Assembly: GCA_000708835.1 (NCBI GenBank)
Contig: DF237136.1
Coordinates: 38,928-102,927 of the forward strand
Length of the DNA stretch: 64,000 bases
Origin: Klebsormidium nitens
Lineage: Eukaryota; Plantae; Klebsormidiophyceae
Direction: 5' to 3'
Part shown: positions 50,901 through 62,207 of the stretch, in pieces
Layout: each line of letters begins with the position of its first letter
How positions within the stretch are numbered: the stretch's first letter is position 1
Notes under the pieces: generated by a model
Told to the model about the DNA's origin: nothing
The model's database searches: none
Seen by the model: the letters and a program-made list of their open reading frames with translations, nothing else
Position numbers and translations under genes: made by a program

Positions 50901-52071
50901 AGGTGGCAAAACTTCGAAAGGGCTTGCAAGCAGTTGTCCCCCTGCGCTGTAAGAGGCAGAGCCGAGGACCTTGTGAAAACAACACGATGCCGCTACAACT
51001 CAATGGGAACACAAATGTCCTGACGGTGGTTTTAATTCATGTACAGCAAACCTGTTCCAGTTGATTCAACGATCATCACTGGTAGGACACAACCAGGAAA
51101 GAGTACCTTCAAGTCCCGATGGAACACGCCTTTGCTGTGGCAGAAGTCAACTGCGTCCACCAGCTGCTGGAAGTAGCGCCGCGCCTCGTCTTCGGGCAGC
51201 TTGCCTTGGTGCACCTGGCAGCAGCAAGTGTGCGTCATTCCAGCAGTAGACACGCCGGTGAAGCATGGTGGGTACCAGGGGATTGCTGTCAAAGCTCCAA
51301 CTTCAATCCAAATCACTTGATTGAACTACTACCAATGCCCCTTGATAAGGTAGAGGTACTCACAATCTTATCGAAGAGCTCCCCCCCCGTCACAAGCTCC
51401 AGTACAATGTAGATCTTGGTCCGACTCGCCAGGACCTGGGAGGGGGAAGGGGGAAAACAAGTGTTGAGGGTGAAAATGCTCTAACAAACCGGGCCTTCTT
51501 GGATCAGCCCATGCATCGCCTCAACACAAGGATTGCTAGCTCAGGGTCACATGCAATTCCAGCTCTGCCAGCTAAGTTGCAGCCGCTGCTGATCTACCCA
51601 CATTACAAGACGCAAGTTGGATATGGTGTTGTCTGTGAGAGCTTACCTCGTGCAAATGCACTACATTTGGATGCCGGACCAGCTTCATTATGGAGATTTC
51701 CCGCTTGATCTGCATCAAGGAAGGCCCATTCGCTTTGAATCATCAGATGCCAGAGCAGCCCTCCAGCTTGCACTTGCATCACCTAGGTCCAAATAGCAGC
51801 ACTGGAAAGTGACAGCATTGCAGACTCGACAGGTGTTTCCCAATCCAGGCAGCCCTAGATGGAACCATTCAGGACTAGGATGCTCGCCGACCTTTGTCCT
51901 GCTTACCTGCTCCACCATCTTGTGCTTCAAGATTTTCTCCTTGTCCAAGATCTTCATGGCCACGCTCTCGCCCGTCTCTGTGTTGACGGCAAACTTGACC
52001 TTGGCAAATGTGCCTTCCCCCAGGGTCCTGCCCACCTCATACTTCCCAACCCGGCGCACCGTCTGCATCAT
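47955..52071 (-). CDS. CIPK: CBL-interacting protein kinase (SnRK3), intron-rich type, 13 coding exons
   Basis: [20 protein letters not shown]; HRDLK|PENLLLD; [23 protein letters not shown]; NAF motif [20 protein letters not shown]; PPI region [12 protein letters not shown]; [15 protein letters not shown]|FY. Twelve phase-0 GT-AG introns. Confidence 0.97.
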
Positions 52072-52738
52072 CTTGGCCCCCGCATAGAAGTGAATGGGCA
52101 GCGAGGCACGGCTCTGCGGTCGTACGTGTCCTGTCAGCCCATCGGGCTTGATAAATTCTTCAAACTCAAATCAGTAGATCAACAAGAATTATGCCAATTG
52201 GCAACAAAGACGGTCAGCCCACGCGCTTGTTCCGCAGCACCAAGGACAACACTGCATGCTGTTTGGGCTTGTCTCCACATTACTCTAAGCTCCACCAATT
52301 ACTGCCTTCGGTCCACTATACGCGGCAGAAAGCTTTCCGTTTGCTCTTGCATGATCCGTCATGGAGATCACCCCTAGAACCCCGTACTCGAGAGGTGGTG
52401 GTGGGAAGATGGATAGCGGCCCGGCCCTTGCAACTGATCACCTGGTGTTGATCAAGAGGAGATTGTTGCCCCCATCATGCAGGGGCCACGTACCTACCTT
52501 GCAGACCAAATGCACAGGTTAAATTCTCAACTTAAACCGGAACCCAAGGGTTTAGGGCAAACCCCACACCCTCAACACTAAGTGGCCAACCGTTAACCCT
52601 TCAACAGGCTAACCCCACCCGTCTCATGCACACAAAACTCTGCCTCAGAGTCAAGGTGGTGCCACTACTAGCACTAGGGCAAAACGGACAAAACTTGTGA
52701 ACTCCTTTCGATTTTTCGGACGTCGGACGCTTACTTTC

Positions 52739-52757
52739 TTTTTTTTTTTTTTTTTTT
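52739..52757. repeat. Poly(T) tract (19 nt)
   Basis: Directly visible, in the divergent intergenic region upstream of CIPK. Confidence 0.9.
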
Positions 52758-53245
52758 CCCGTCAGGGAGGAAGGTGGGCATCCCCCTCCGAGCTAGGGTT
52801 CCCCTCGGAACCGCACTAGCTCGAGGGTTCAAAGGATGCTTAAAAACAGACCGGGTTATGCTCCCGGGCCACCTCCTTTTATCGAGCAATAAAGTCGGTG
52901 ATAAATCACTAGTAGTGGAAGTTGATTAAAAAGCGATCAAGCAAAATCTATATGGTTGCGCCGTTATCATCGAATGAAGGAGATAAAACCAGGTAGCCCT
53001 TATTGTTAAGTTTGCAAAAGGGAACCATTTGTGTCCTCAGATGCAAGAATCGTTTTATGCGCCGTCTTTTGTTTTTTGTGTGAGAGGTGCGGAGGTTATA
53101 ATAGAGAACTTGGACAGATTGTAATAAACGGCATTTTATAGTAGCTTACTTTCCGCTGAATCGGAAGGTACCGCGTAGAAGGGATAAGCGTACAGTATGT
53201 ACTCCGTAAGGCACCTGGCCAGGCAACCGGGCACTCGCTGTGACA

Positions 53246-53388
53246 TTAGGGTTAAGTCACAACGTAGTGATGTTACGCCACTCCCTCTGACGGTTTGTTA
53301 GGGTTACACCCCTTCCCTGTGACTGCTCTCAGATTAGGGTTCCACTAACGGCTAAGCCATTGTTCTTAGGGTTTTGCTGTGTTTAGGG
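53246..53388. promoter_or_regulatory. Cluster of five TTAGGG telomere-motif (telo-box-like) sites
   Basis: TTAGGG at 53246, 53298, 53334, 53366 and 53383; the first four read TAGGGTT. They lie 220-360 bp upstream of the ATG at 53606. Confidence 0.55.
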
Positions 53389-53605
53389 CTACCCGACTGT
53401 TGGGACAGAGGTACCGCAGTCTGAAAGCCCCACCGTCCGGCGTCCGAAAAAACGAAAGGAGTTCACAAGTTTCGTACCTCTTGCGCCACTGGGGAAAGTA
53501 GAAATTGAATGGAATGGAGCAACAAAGAGTCACAGGCCCTTTCTTTAGCAACAAATAGAAAGGGCACTTGTGGGTAGATGCAGGTACGTATTGATACCAT
53601 CCGTC

Positions 53606-56477
53606 ATGTGGAAGTGGATTTCAGATACGGTGGGCCCCCCATTGGGTTTTGCCACCACCGATGGTATGCTCACAAAGGAGCAGGTGCTGGACTTTTGCAG
53701 ATTGAACCTGGCTGCCCTTGAAAAGCCAGGTGCGGCGTGTTGTCCAGATTGGAAGAACTGTCCTGGACTACTGTTCTCAAAGAAGTGTTGTGGCATTCTG
53801 GTAAACACTCAGCTTGTAGCTGGGCTCAAATGCAAACCCCCCGTGGTGCAAAATGCGCTTGTCATTAAATTTGTTGGCTGGATTTGCAAACAAAATTGCT
53901 CAATTTGTTGGCTGCAGAAGTGAAGCAGAGGATTGCTGAACACTTCAAAGCTGGAGAGGTGAGTGGCTTTCTTAAACCGTCGAGCTCTCTTGAGAGGAAG
54001 CCAGTTGAAAGAAAGAAATGACTACAATCCAGCGAGCAGCACCACCCCCATCATCATATCTAGGTGGGGAGAAACTATGAGATTTGACCACGTTTGGTGC
54101 TCAATTTCAAGTTGGCCTTGTTTGGTATTTGGGATTTTCACTTACCAGAGGCTTGCAGCTGATCTTTGAGTTCTAGCAGGCAGCAGCCACCTATGTAAAG
54201 GAGGCAACCCTTTACACCCGATAAGCAGTCTGGCTGATTGTTGGGGTGACCTGTCAACAAGTATGTGGGGAAGTAGTTCAAGAAACTTGCAACATTTTCC
54301 CCACATTTCAATGGCAAGAGGTGTCGGTTGGGGGACAAAATGTTGGCGTAGATAACAAGAGGGTGCATCACTCACTATGGAAGAGCCCCCAACTTCGCTG
54401 TATATGTTTGTTGATCCAGCAGGCCGCGGAAATGACAACCAAGGTCCAGGAGGAGATTTTCAGCTCCATGGGGATCGGTAAGTATGCCTTGGGGGCTTGA
54501 GCAAAAAGTTGATCTGAAAGTTTTCCATCTTCTCGTTGTCGAGTTTGGCATTGGCTATCTTGGCGAGCAGGGCGCCTCGTATAGACGGGGCCTCCACCGG
54601 ACGTCAGCTATGGTGTAATCACTTGGAGCAAAGTCTTCTTGTCCAATGGAAGTATCAGCACTCAGTCCGCCTTCACTCTTACTGATGTTCCCTTCCTGCA
54701 GAACCAAAGTTCGGCATATCTTGCTTGGGGCGTGTTGGGTCTGTTTTCAGGAATGATCAAGAAGTAAGGGTTCAAAGCTTTTCTTCACCTGATATTGACG
54801 GAACTTTTGTTGATCATTGCACTTTCTGAGTTCCTCTCGTCTTCCAAAGATCTGGGCAGCTGTCCAAAGCTTGTCTGCATTTGATACCTTGAGGTGTTAC
54901 TTGCAACTGCTAAGTGTTGGTCCTTTCTTTGTGTCGGCAGGTCATGATGAACTTTATGGAGCTGATAGGAAGGTGAGCCACATCTTGACTGACTTGCCAC
55001 TGATCTCTGAACAACTTGCCCCTCCTTGCTCACAGTCCCTTCTTGTAGGTTTCTACCTGCACCTGTGCATTTGCGTTGGACAAGGGGGCTTGGCCAGTTC
55101 CCAGCTGGCGGCTTGAAGGCTAACTCGTCCTTTTTGTTGGCAGGGAGGAGTTGGCGTGCGATGAGGCGGAGAAACCTGAAGAGTTCAGGAAAAAGATGGA
55201 ACTCATGCAGAAGATGCATGAACAGGTGGGGCAGCAGATCCATATGTTGCTGACAGCATACCCTTGTCTTGTTGTGCGCATGCAGATGAATTCGTGTTCA
55301 CGCTCTTTGACTTCCAGTCGTGGCAGGTGTATCTGACCTTGCCCCACTTTCTAAACGCAAGGCGTACTCCATCTTTCGGCTTGGCTGAGACTCAGCAAAC
55401 AAAGCCTTATCCCTGGGGCCCCAAATGGGGGGGTTTCCTCAAGCGGCCTCTCCGGCTATTGGCCGAAGACCAGACTGCGTGATACAATGACTTCGACATA
55501 GCCGTTCGAACAGGCCCTCGTAGGCATGGTGCAGGGCCGTTTACTTCCAGTCCGAACATCTTCTCCGAAACCAGGAAGCAACCACCAATCAAAGTTGTTG
55601 AAGCTGAATAACTAAAATGATCACTTAACATCCATCAAGTCGCCTGGTCGATGTATCTGCTCAGCTGCTGAATCAGCGCCTTACTTTGGTGAAGCTCCCA
55701 GGTTGAAGCTAGTGCAGCCTAGCTGGATGGCCTCTTTTTCCATTTCTTGTGATACTTTCCAGGAATATGAGCATGAACCACTTTGATACAACTTTGGACG
55801 GCCATAGTTCGCTCCATTCACGCATTCTGATAGACCGACTTCAGACTCCGCCAGGCGGCGGCCGCCAAGAGTCACTAGGTGAAAGTGACTCCTGTAGTCT
55901 GTGCACACCAGGGGCTCTACTGTTCCCCGAAGAGAATTTCCGATTCTGCCCGCCGAACTGGGCCAAACGTGAAGTACCTAGGGGCTAACCAAATCGATCT
56001 CAAGGGCAATCGACTTACCTGCGAACTGACTCTTGAACTGTAGCAAGTTGCAATGGAGGAGCATCTGAAGGGGAAATCACCAGAGGAGCGGTTGGCCTTC
56101 ATCCAAAATGTGAGTTGCTTAGCTTCATCGGGACGTCAAGCTTGGACGTCAGTTCCGGATTGCTTGGCGCCTCGCAAATTGGGGGTGCCTGTAAGCAACA
56201 TGGGCCCTCGATCTTGATTGAGACGAGTCGATTGCACCCAGTGCTGAGTGGAAATTGTTGAGCTTTTTTAAGACACGTCCTCTTTCTACAGATGCAACGA
56301 CAAATGCAACAAAGCAAGACGCAAACCGGGGTAGGAGGGAACAATGTTGTAAGCCCTCAAGAGCAACTGCATTTCTTCCAACAGCAGTATGCACAGTCAG
56401 GGCCCTCTCAACCAAGCAGAGCAGCTTCCTCTAGTGATAGGGCTCAGAACACAAGCAACGTGGTACAAAGACGGTAA
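53606..56477 (+). CDS. Conserved plant protein of unknown function, multi-exon
   Basis: Spliced: MWKWISDTVG..GMLTKEQVLDFC..|EVKQRIAEHFKAGE|QAAEMTTKVQEEIFSSMGI|EPKFGISCLGRVGSVFRNDQE|VMMNFMELIG|REELACDEAE..|QVAMEEHL..|MQRQ. Consistent GT-AG phases. Resembles an uncharacterised land-plant family recalled from memory (QEEIF.EMG.DPRFGLACLG..ENDQDL..EEMACDEAE). Confidence 0.8.
55367..55974. mobile_element. MITE family 2, copy B (608 bp), intronic
   Basis: TA|CTCCATCTTTCGG ... CCAAACGTGAAG|TA; colinear homology with 13107-13683. Confidence 0.75.
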
Positions 56478-57753
56478 CATGAGCATCGGGCTTTCAGTAG
56501 CGTCATGATCAGTCCGGAGTGTAAATAGACGTCAACTCGTTTTCGCCTGGAGCGGGTGTTAGATCCCGGGACCAACTTAAGTATCCATGCATGTTCACCC
56601 GGCAGTATGTAAATACTGACAGGTTCGCGGGCTCGTCCCTGCCTATTACATGCAGGCGTGCTTCAGGTTGACCTAGAAATTGCGGATGTGGAACTTGGCA
56701 TGGTGCTTATAGCGCATGATCTCCAAGTAAAGGTAAGTTATAACCACGAATCTGCAGCTCGCAATACACATTATACATATATCAAATTTCCAGCTTTGTG
56801 ATCGCGATATACTCAAGCTACTAAGGCTCGTACATTGCACATGTTGGATTGCGTTGGCCGCCTGCATGATCGGTGCCATGTGCACCGCGAGCTTAGTGCG
56901 GCACTGAGCTCGGTGGCCCGCGCGTTCATCTGAAGTTGCAGCCGCCATGCCAGGGCCCTATATATATTGATGCAATTTGATCGGACTGTTAAGGCTCATA
57001 TGCATCCATAAATTGAAAGGCATGTCATGTGCAATACATGTGTCTTAGTAGGATTCTATTATAAGTAAGCCCATTCTCACTGTAGGATGCATGACTCGTA
57101 ACTTGAAAACGGAAGTATAACACCGAAAACGTGAATGGACCCACCTATACCGTATATGTGGGTATGATACCTGCTTTGCACCCATGTGCCGGCCCACTAA
57201 ACCCCCTTGATTACTGACCTCACCCGTTCTGCCAGGTATATTCTGATGTCGTAAGCTTATACCTTCTAGCTAACCACTGACGAAGTGACCATTGCATGGC
57301 TACCATTGCCAAAGCTGTAGTAAGGTCCATAGCTGACTCGAGATACATGGCAACATCAATACCGATGATTTACGAAGATCCGGTGTCTCACAATGAACCA
57401 ATGCGACTCGCCAAAATTGGAATGAGGTCCCTAAGTTTGATACGAGTGGCAACATTGTACTGTCCCGCTGATTTTGATTGATAAGGTGTCTCTCATGTCT
57501 AATCGTGTTAGGTATGATACAATCGAGTCTCTAACCAAAGCCAAGTGGCCTTTAGCCTGGCGGTCATTGAGACTCTTTCAATCAGCCACTCGGACTACTT
57601 CCTCGACAAAAGTACCAATTTGCAAATCGAGTACAAAAGCGCGCATGACCGAGTTTAAGACCTCCACGTCAAGCAACGGACCAAGCATTCAACACAGGGG
57701 GATAAGCCAACTTCAGCTGTTTTCTTCCAGATAATTGGAGCACCAATTGTTAG

Positions 57754-60378
57754 CTACCTCCATGTTGGTGGGTACGGCGAGTACATGAGCAACTTCCTGG
57801 ATCCAGGTGGGGTAAGCCCGGGGATTGGCCGGATGTTCTTGTTATTAGGATTCACAACCTGCAAAAACGTCTCCTTAGTTCAGCTTTAAGACCCTTAAAA
57901 GGGACCGCAAATCGAGGCTCAAAATCAATGGGTCCAACAATACCGCCCTACACCACGACAACAGGACCAGGTGCTTTGATCACTTTGGCTAAGACCCGTA
58001 GACAAAACAGACCGTCAGCCAAGAGGATACAGCACAGTCTACAGTAGCCCTGAACTTAGTAGCAACCTGTATCTGCCCTTCTAACATCTACTAGAACCAC
58101 CATCAACAGGCAGGGAAAAGTAACACAGTTGGCGGGTGGTATCCTACCTTGACTATGATGATAGCGATCACTCCAAGAAAGATGATGAAGAGGAAGAACA
58201 TGATGCACCTGTCGGTTGCAATCTGCAAAAGTAGCATGAGGTTGAGAACGTGATTTACCCACATGCATCCAATATTTGACCACCTGTATTCCAATCATGT
58301 GAAGGAGCAAGGGCCAAAAGCTGAAGAAACATCTGATGCAAAGTCAAAGACTGCACGCTCACCTTCGTCCATCCAGGGATGCAAGAAGACATCAAAACCT
58401 CGGCTCATTTGTTTGCTTTGTAGTCTCACAAACATCAACCACGGTGCGACACAGCTCAAGTTTCAACATAAAGTTAACACTCTGATTCCTCAACATACCT
58501 TTTCCGGACAATGAACAGACCTTTGAGAAATTTTATGACTTACCTGTCTGCTGATTTCTTTCAAAAGATTGGCAGCCTTCTTTATAGAGAAGTGGATGGT
58601 GTCGAGATCATTGACTATTCGGCCCATTTGCTCTGTTTGGCCCTTCAATGTGACACCTGTCTGTGCACCGATGTTGATTGTGTCTTCCACGATCTGCAAG
58701 ACAACCAAGTTGTCAAAGGAGCAACTAAGCCGCAGTGACTGGAGTACCCATCACTACATGGTGCGCTCACATCGCCGCACACTTACTGTAAACATTCTGG
58801 CCGCTGCAAGCATGCCAATAGACGCATTCAAATACACCGGCGGCGAAATACATCAACTCACTCTTCTTCCCCGGTCAATGGCTCTGTCAGTCTCGTCCAT
58901 AGTTGCGTTCCCCCGCTCTATCAGCTCCTGATTGCTCATAGCTGCACAAAAAACTTACAACCTTACTTCAGCATGCCTTTGAATGAGAATCACCTTCAAA
59001 ATGATGCTGTGGGCTCAGATCAAGGCATCTCCCCATGGCATCTTCCCCATTGCAGCTCTCCACAAGCTATTAGCTTCAAACGACCTCCCCTGAAAATGTG
59101 TAGATTGCGTATCTGCATAAGGAGATGGTGCCCAAACAAAGCAGTATGCTTGTACAATCAAGCAGAACAACACATCTCCGTTTCCAACTTGAAAAGTGGA
59201 GAGCTCAATCATGCGAAATCATCTACGAAACCAAACCAGCTGCAAAAGGCATACCCATTGTTGTAGACTAGGTCAGGACAGGATGTTCCACCATTTAGTG
59301 AACACGAACCACCACAACTTTCAAGGGAACAATGGAAAAGTAATTGGTTTCCCACTCGATGCTTTCTGAGGGCCATCGTCGGGTCCACCGTCCACTCCTC
59401 CTGCCCCATCAAGAAGCGCCGCTTTATTGTTGATTGTACCGGTGTACGTTTTCCTCAGGGCCACATAGGAGTTCAATTCCTTGATCTGCAGCACCGAAGC
59501 AACTGTGATAAGTGAAGCCCCTGAGAAGAGGGATGCTTCTTGTCTGCCACAAGCCAAATAGGAGAAGATCCCTCTGATGATGGGAACAGCAAAAATCTTG
59601 AAAGATACAGTGCCAATGAGGGCAGCAAGTCAAGTACGTGCAGACTCTGAATGATAGCTCCCAGTACGTGCGCAATTTTGGATGGTCCTCCCGCCAAAAC
59701 AACCCGGTGTCTTCAATCTGGTCCTTACCAGGGCTTGCTTTCGATCGTTCAAGGCCTTCGTCACACTCTCCGGATTGTTGGCCTCTTCCAGCTTAATCTC
59801 CCTATCGAAGTCTTTGATTAACCTGTCGGCGGATTGAGGGACACCATCAGTGCAAGGCCAACGACAGATCATATACTTCCGTTTCGTTCCACAATTCCTT
59901 AGGAACCAATTGCACCGCTAACCCTTCATTCTATTAGCATAGTGCATCTCACATGCTTGGCACGATGTGCAAGAAGATAGACTTGTTTGACTGGAAATAA
60001 TCACTGCAAACCAAACGGAAGAGAATCACGTTGCACTGCACTGAGTGTGCATGGTGGCATCTTACCGTTTGCACTCACGCATCTTGGAGGTAAGATCTTC
60101 CAGCTGCTTGGCTTGTTTTCCAGGATCCTTTGTCTTGTCAAGCTTTTGGAAGCCAGTGCTGCAATCACAAAGTAAGGTGGGATCCTCTCCTTAAACTCCG
60201 AACCATTTTCATGACTTCAGTAGCAATAAGAAGCAACGTATGCACAGGACCTCAAATGCATCAAAACAAGCCTCATCAATCGACGCAGGAACACATACCT
60301 GAGAGCCTTGAAAAGCTGCTGCAGCTGCTTCTCCTGCTGCGACATCTCTTCTGTCTGTGCGCCCTCAGCCTGCGCCAT
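57754..60378 (-). CDS. NPSN: Novel plant SNARE (NPSN11/12/13-like Qb-SNARE)
   Basis: LFKAL|STGFQKLDK..QLEDLTSKMRECK|RLIKDFDREIK..IKELNSYVALRK..MSNQELI..QTEQMGRIVNDLDTIHFSIKKA..|IATDRCIMFFLFIIFLGVIAIIIVK|VVNPNNKNIR. C-terminal TM helix; stop at 57754. Confidence 0.96.
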
Positions 60379-62207
60379 AAGTTCTGATTGCTTCCGCTGA
60401 GGGGATGCCAATAACCCCACCTGCACCAATCACTGAGTGATTAGGACCTGATCGGGCGACAAGGTGCATTGCTACACCAACCCTGTAGCTCCATATATTT
60501 GGCTGTAGTGATCCTGACTTGACGGAGTATCAACAGAGCCTTCCAAGACCTGCAAAAAACCGAAACCCATGTGTCGAAGAGAAAATGCACCCCATCTTAT
60601 ACAGAAAACAAAGGAGCCTTTGGTGGCTCGCTGCCCGCCAGAGAGACAGAAGCCACCCATTATTCCTTTGTAGCCTCACCTTTGTGGGGGATGGTACTGG
60701 GGGAGCCAGATTGTCTGTGGATGCTTTGCCACGGGTTCTAGGTGTCAGAAGTGCCTGGCCTTAGCAAAGGCCCAGATTGCGCAGGAGAAGCCTGGAAGCA
60801 GAGGTACCGGTATCCTGAAAGCGCCCTGGCTTCGTCTGTGCAGTGCTCCGAATTCGTGAAGACCAAGGACGAGGCTCTGAGTCTGAGTCCGAGTCTTCTT
60901 AATCTGAGCAAGCAAGCTTGACTAAGGCGACTCTGAAACATATGCGCGCGCGTCCGTTTGAAAGTATACGGTTTGATATGATTCGCAGTATCGCAGCCGT
61001 CCGTTGCACACGTCCATCCAATATGTGCTGTAAACGCTTTGAATCGTAAGAATCATTTATGATTCTGTACTAAATATTCTTATCTGCATGGAGTGTATTT
61101 TAAGGCCGCGAAGTAAGCCATATCATGCTACTATTAGGTGGCCGCGAGCTTCTACCTACCCGCGCTGTCTTGGCCCTGGGTAGATTGGCCGCGGCACGTG
61201 ACTCATGGATTTCAAAGCTTGCGTACCACAATGGTTGGTAAAACCGTCAGCACAAAGTCGCATCATATCAATGCGTATTAGTGTCATCCGACATTGATCG
61301 CGGATTAAAAGCGAGACGTGCGCATAGAAAAGCACAGGGCGGGCCCGCCATGCGCAGTCGCCACACGATGTCACGGTCACATGTACATATGAATGTGGAC
61401 GCCTACAGAACTATACTTCCGGATCGACTAGCTATAATAGTCGATTGTCACTCGCTTGAACCGACTCAAGGCCGCCTAAAGTTGTTCGCATGGTCTGTAG
61501 CTGATGAAATGATTGTTGAACTAAGTGATCAAGGCGGCCAATCCTTTGCCTTGGCCGCCGTCCTAAGTCTCAGCTTCAACGGTCACACACAAGGTATTTC
61601 AGTCGGAGCTCCATGGAATTGCATGGAGTTCCAATACATGCTCGCAAATGATGGCCGTTCCAATATAACTATGACCAAAACTGTATACTTGAAGTGCCAA
61701 TGGTGCCATGATGACGCGGCATGGCTGATGCAAGCCCGAATGCAAGGAAAGGCTTCATCAACCCTTTGCAACTGACGCACTCTGGCTTTCCTTTCGGTGT
61801 AAGTTCCTTAAGCCGTCTAGAAGGTGACTAGGTTCCACCCCTTCGAGAAACGCTCTATGACCCTCTGCCTTCGCCTACGCTCGCCAAACACGAAGATACT
61901 CAACATGGCTGTTGCATGACGGCAGCCCCCAAGACTGCATCAGACTGTCGACGCCGCGATCAGTGTACCACCACATGCTGGGCCAGAAGCGGCGTAAGCA
62001 GGAGCGGAAAGCCACGCACACCAATGAGAACGACACTGGCCACTACCTGCAAGCGGAGCAGCGATGACATGAAGTGATTGCAAGCTTTTTCCACAAACCT
62101 CTTAGCCAACCTCTTTTAAAGTTCGTTCAGAAGCAGAATGTGGACGAGCACAGAGTGCGCCTTCAGTAAGGCAGGTCGCACTTTCGCGTACGAAACATGC
62201 CTACCTC

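Noticed and set aside
52889-52899. CACTA-G-TAGTG, like an empty CACTA element
   Set aside because: No 3-bp target duplication and too short to distinguish from chance.
61281-61775. 164-aa intergenic ORF
   Set aside because: Non-ATG start, no domain or codon bias, no splice support; probably spurious.
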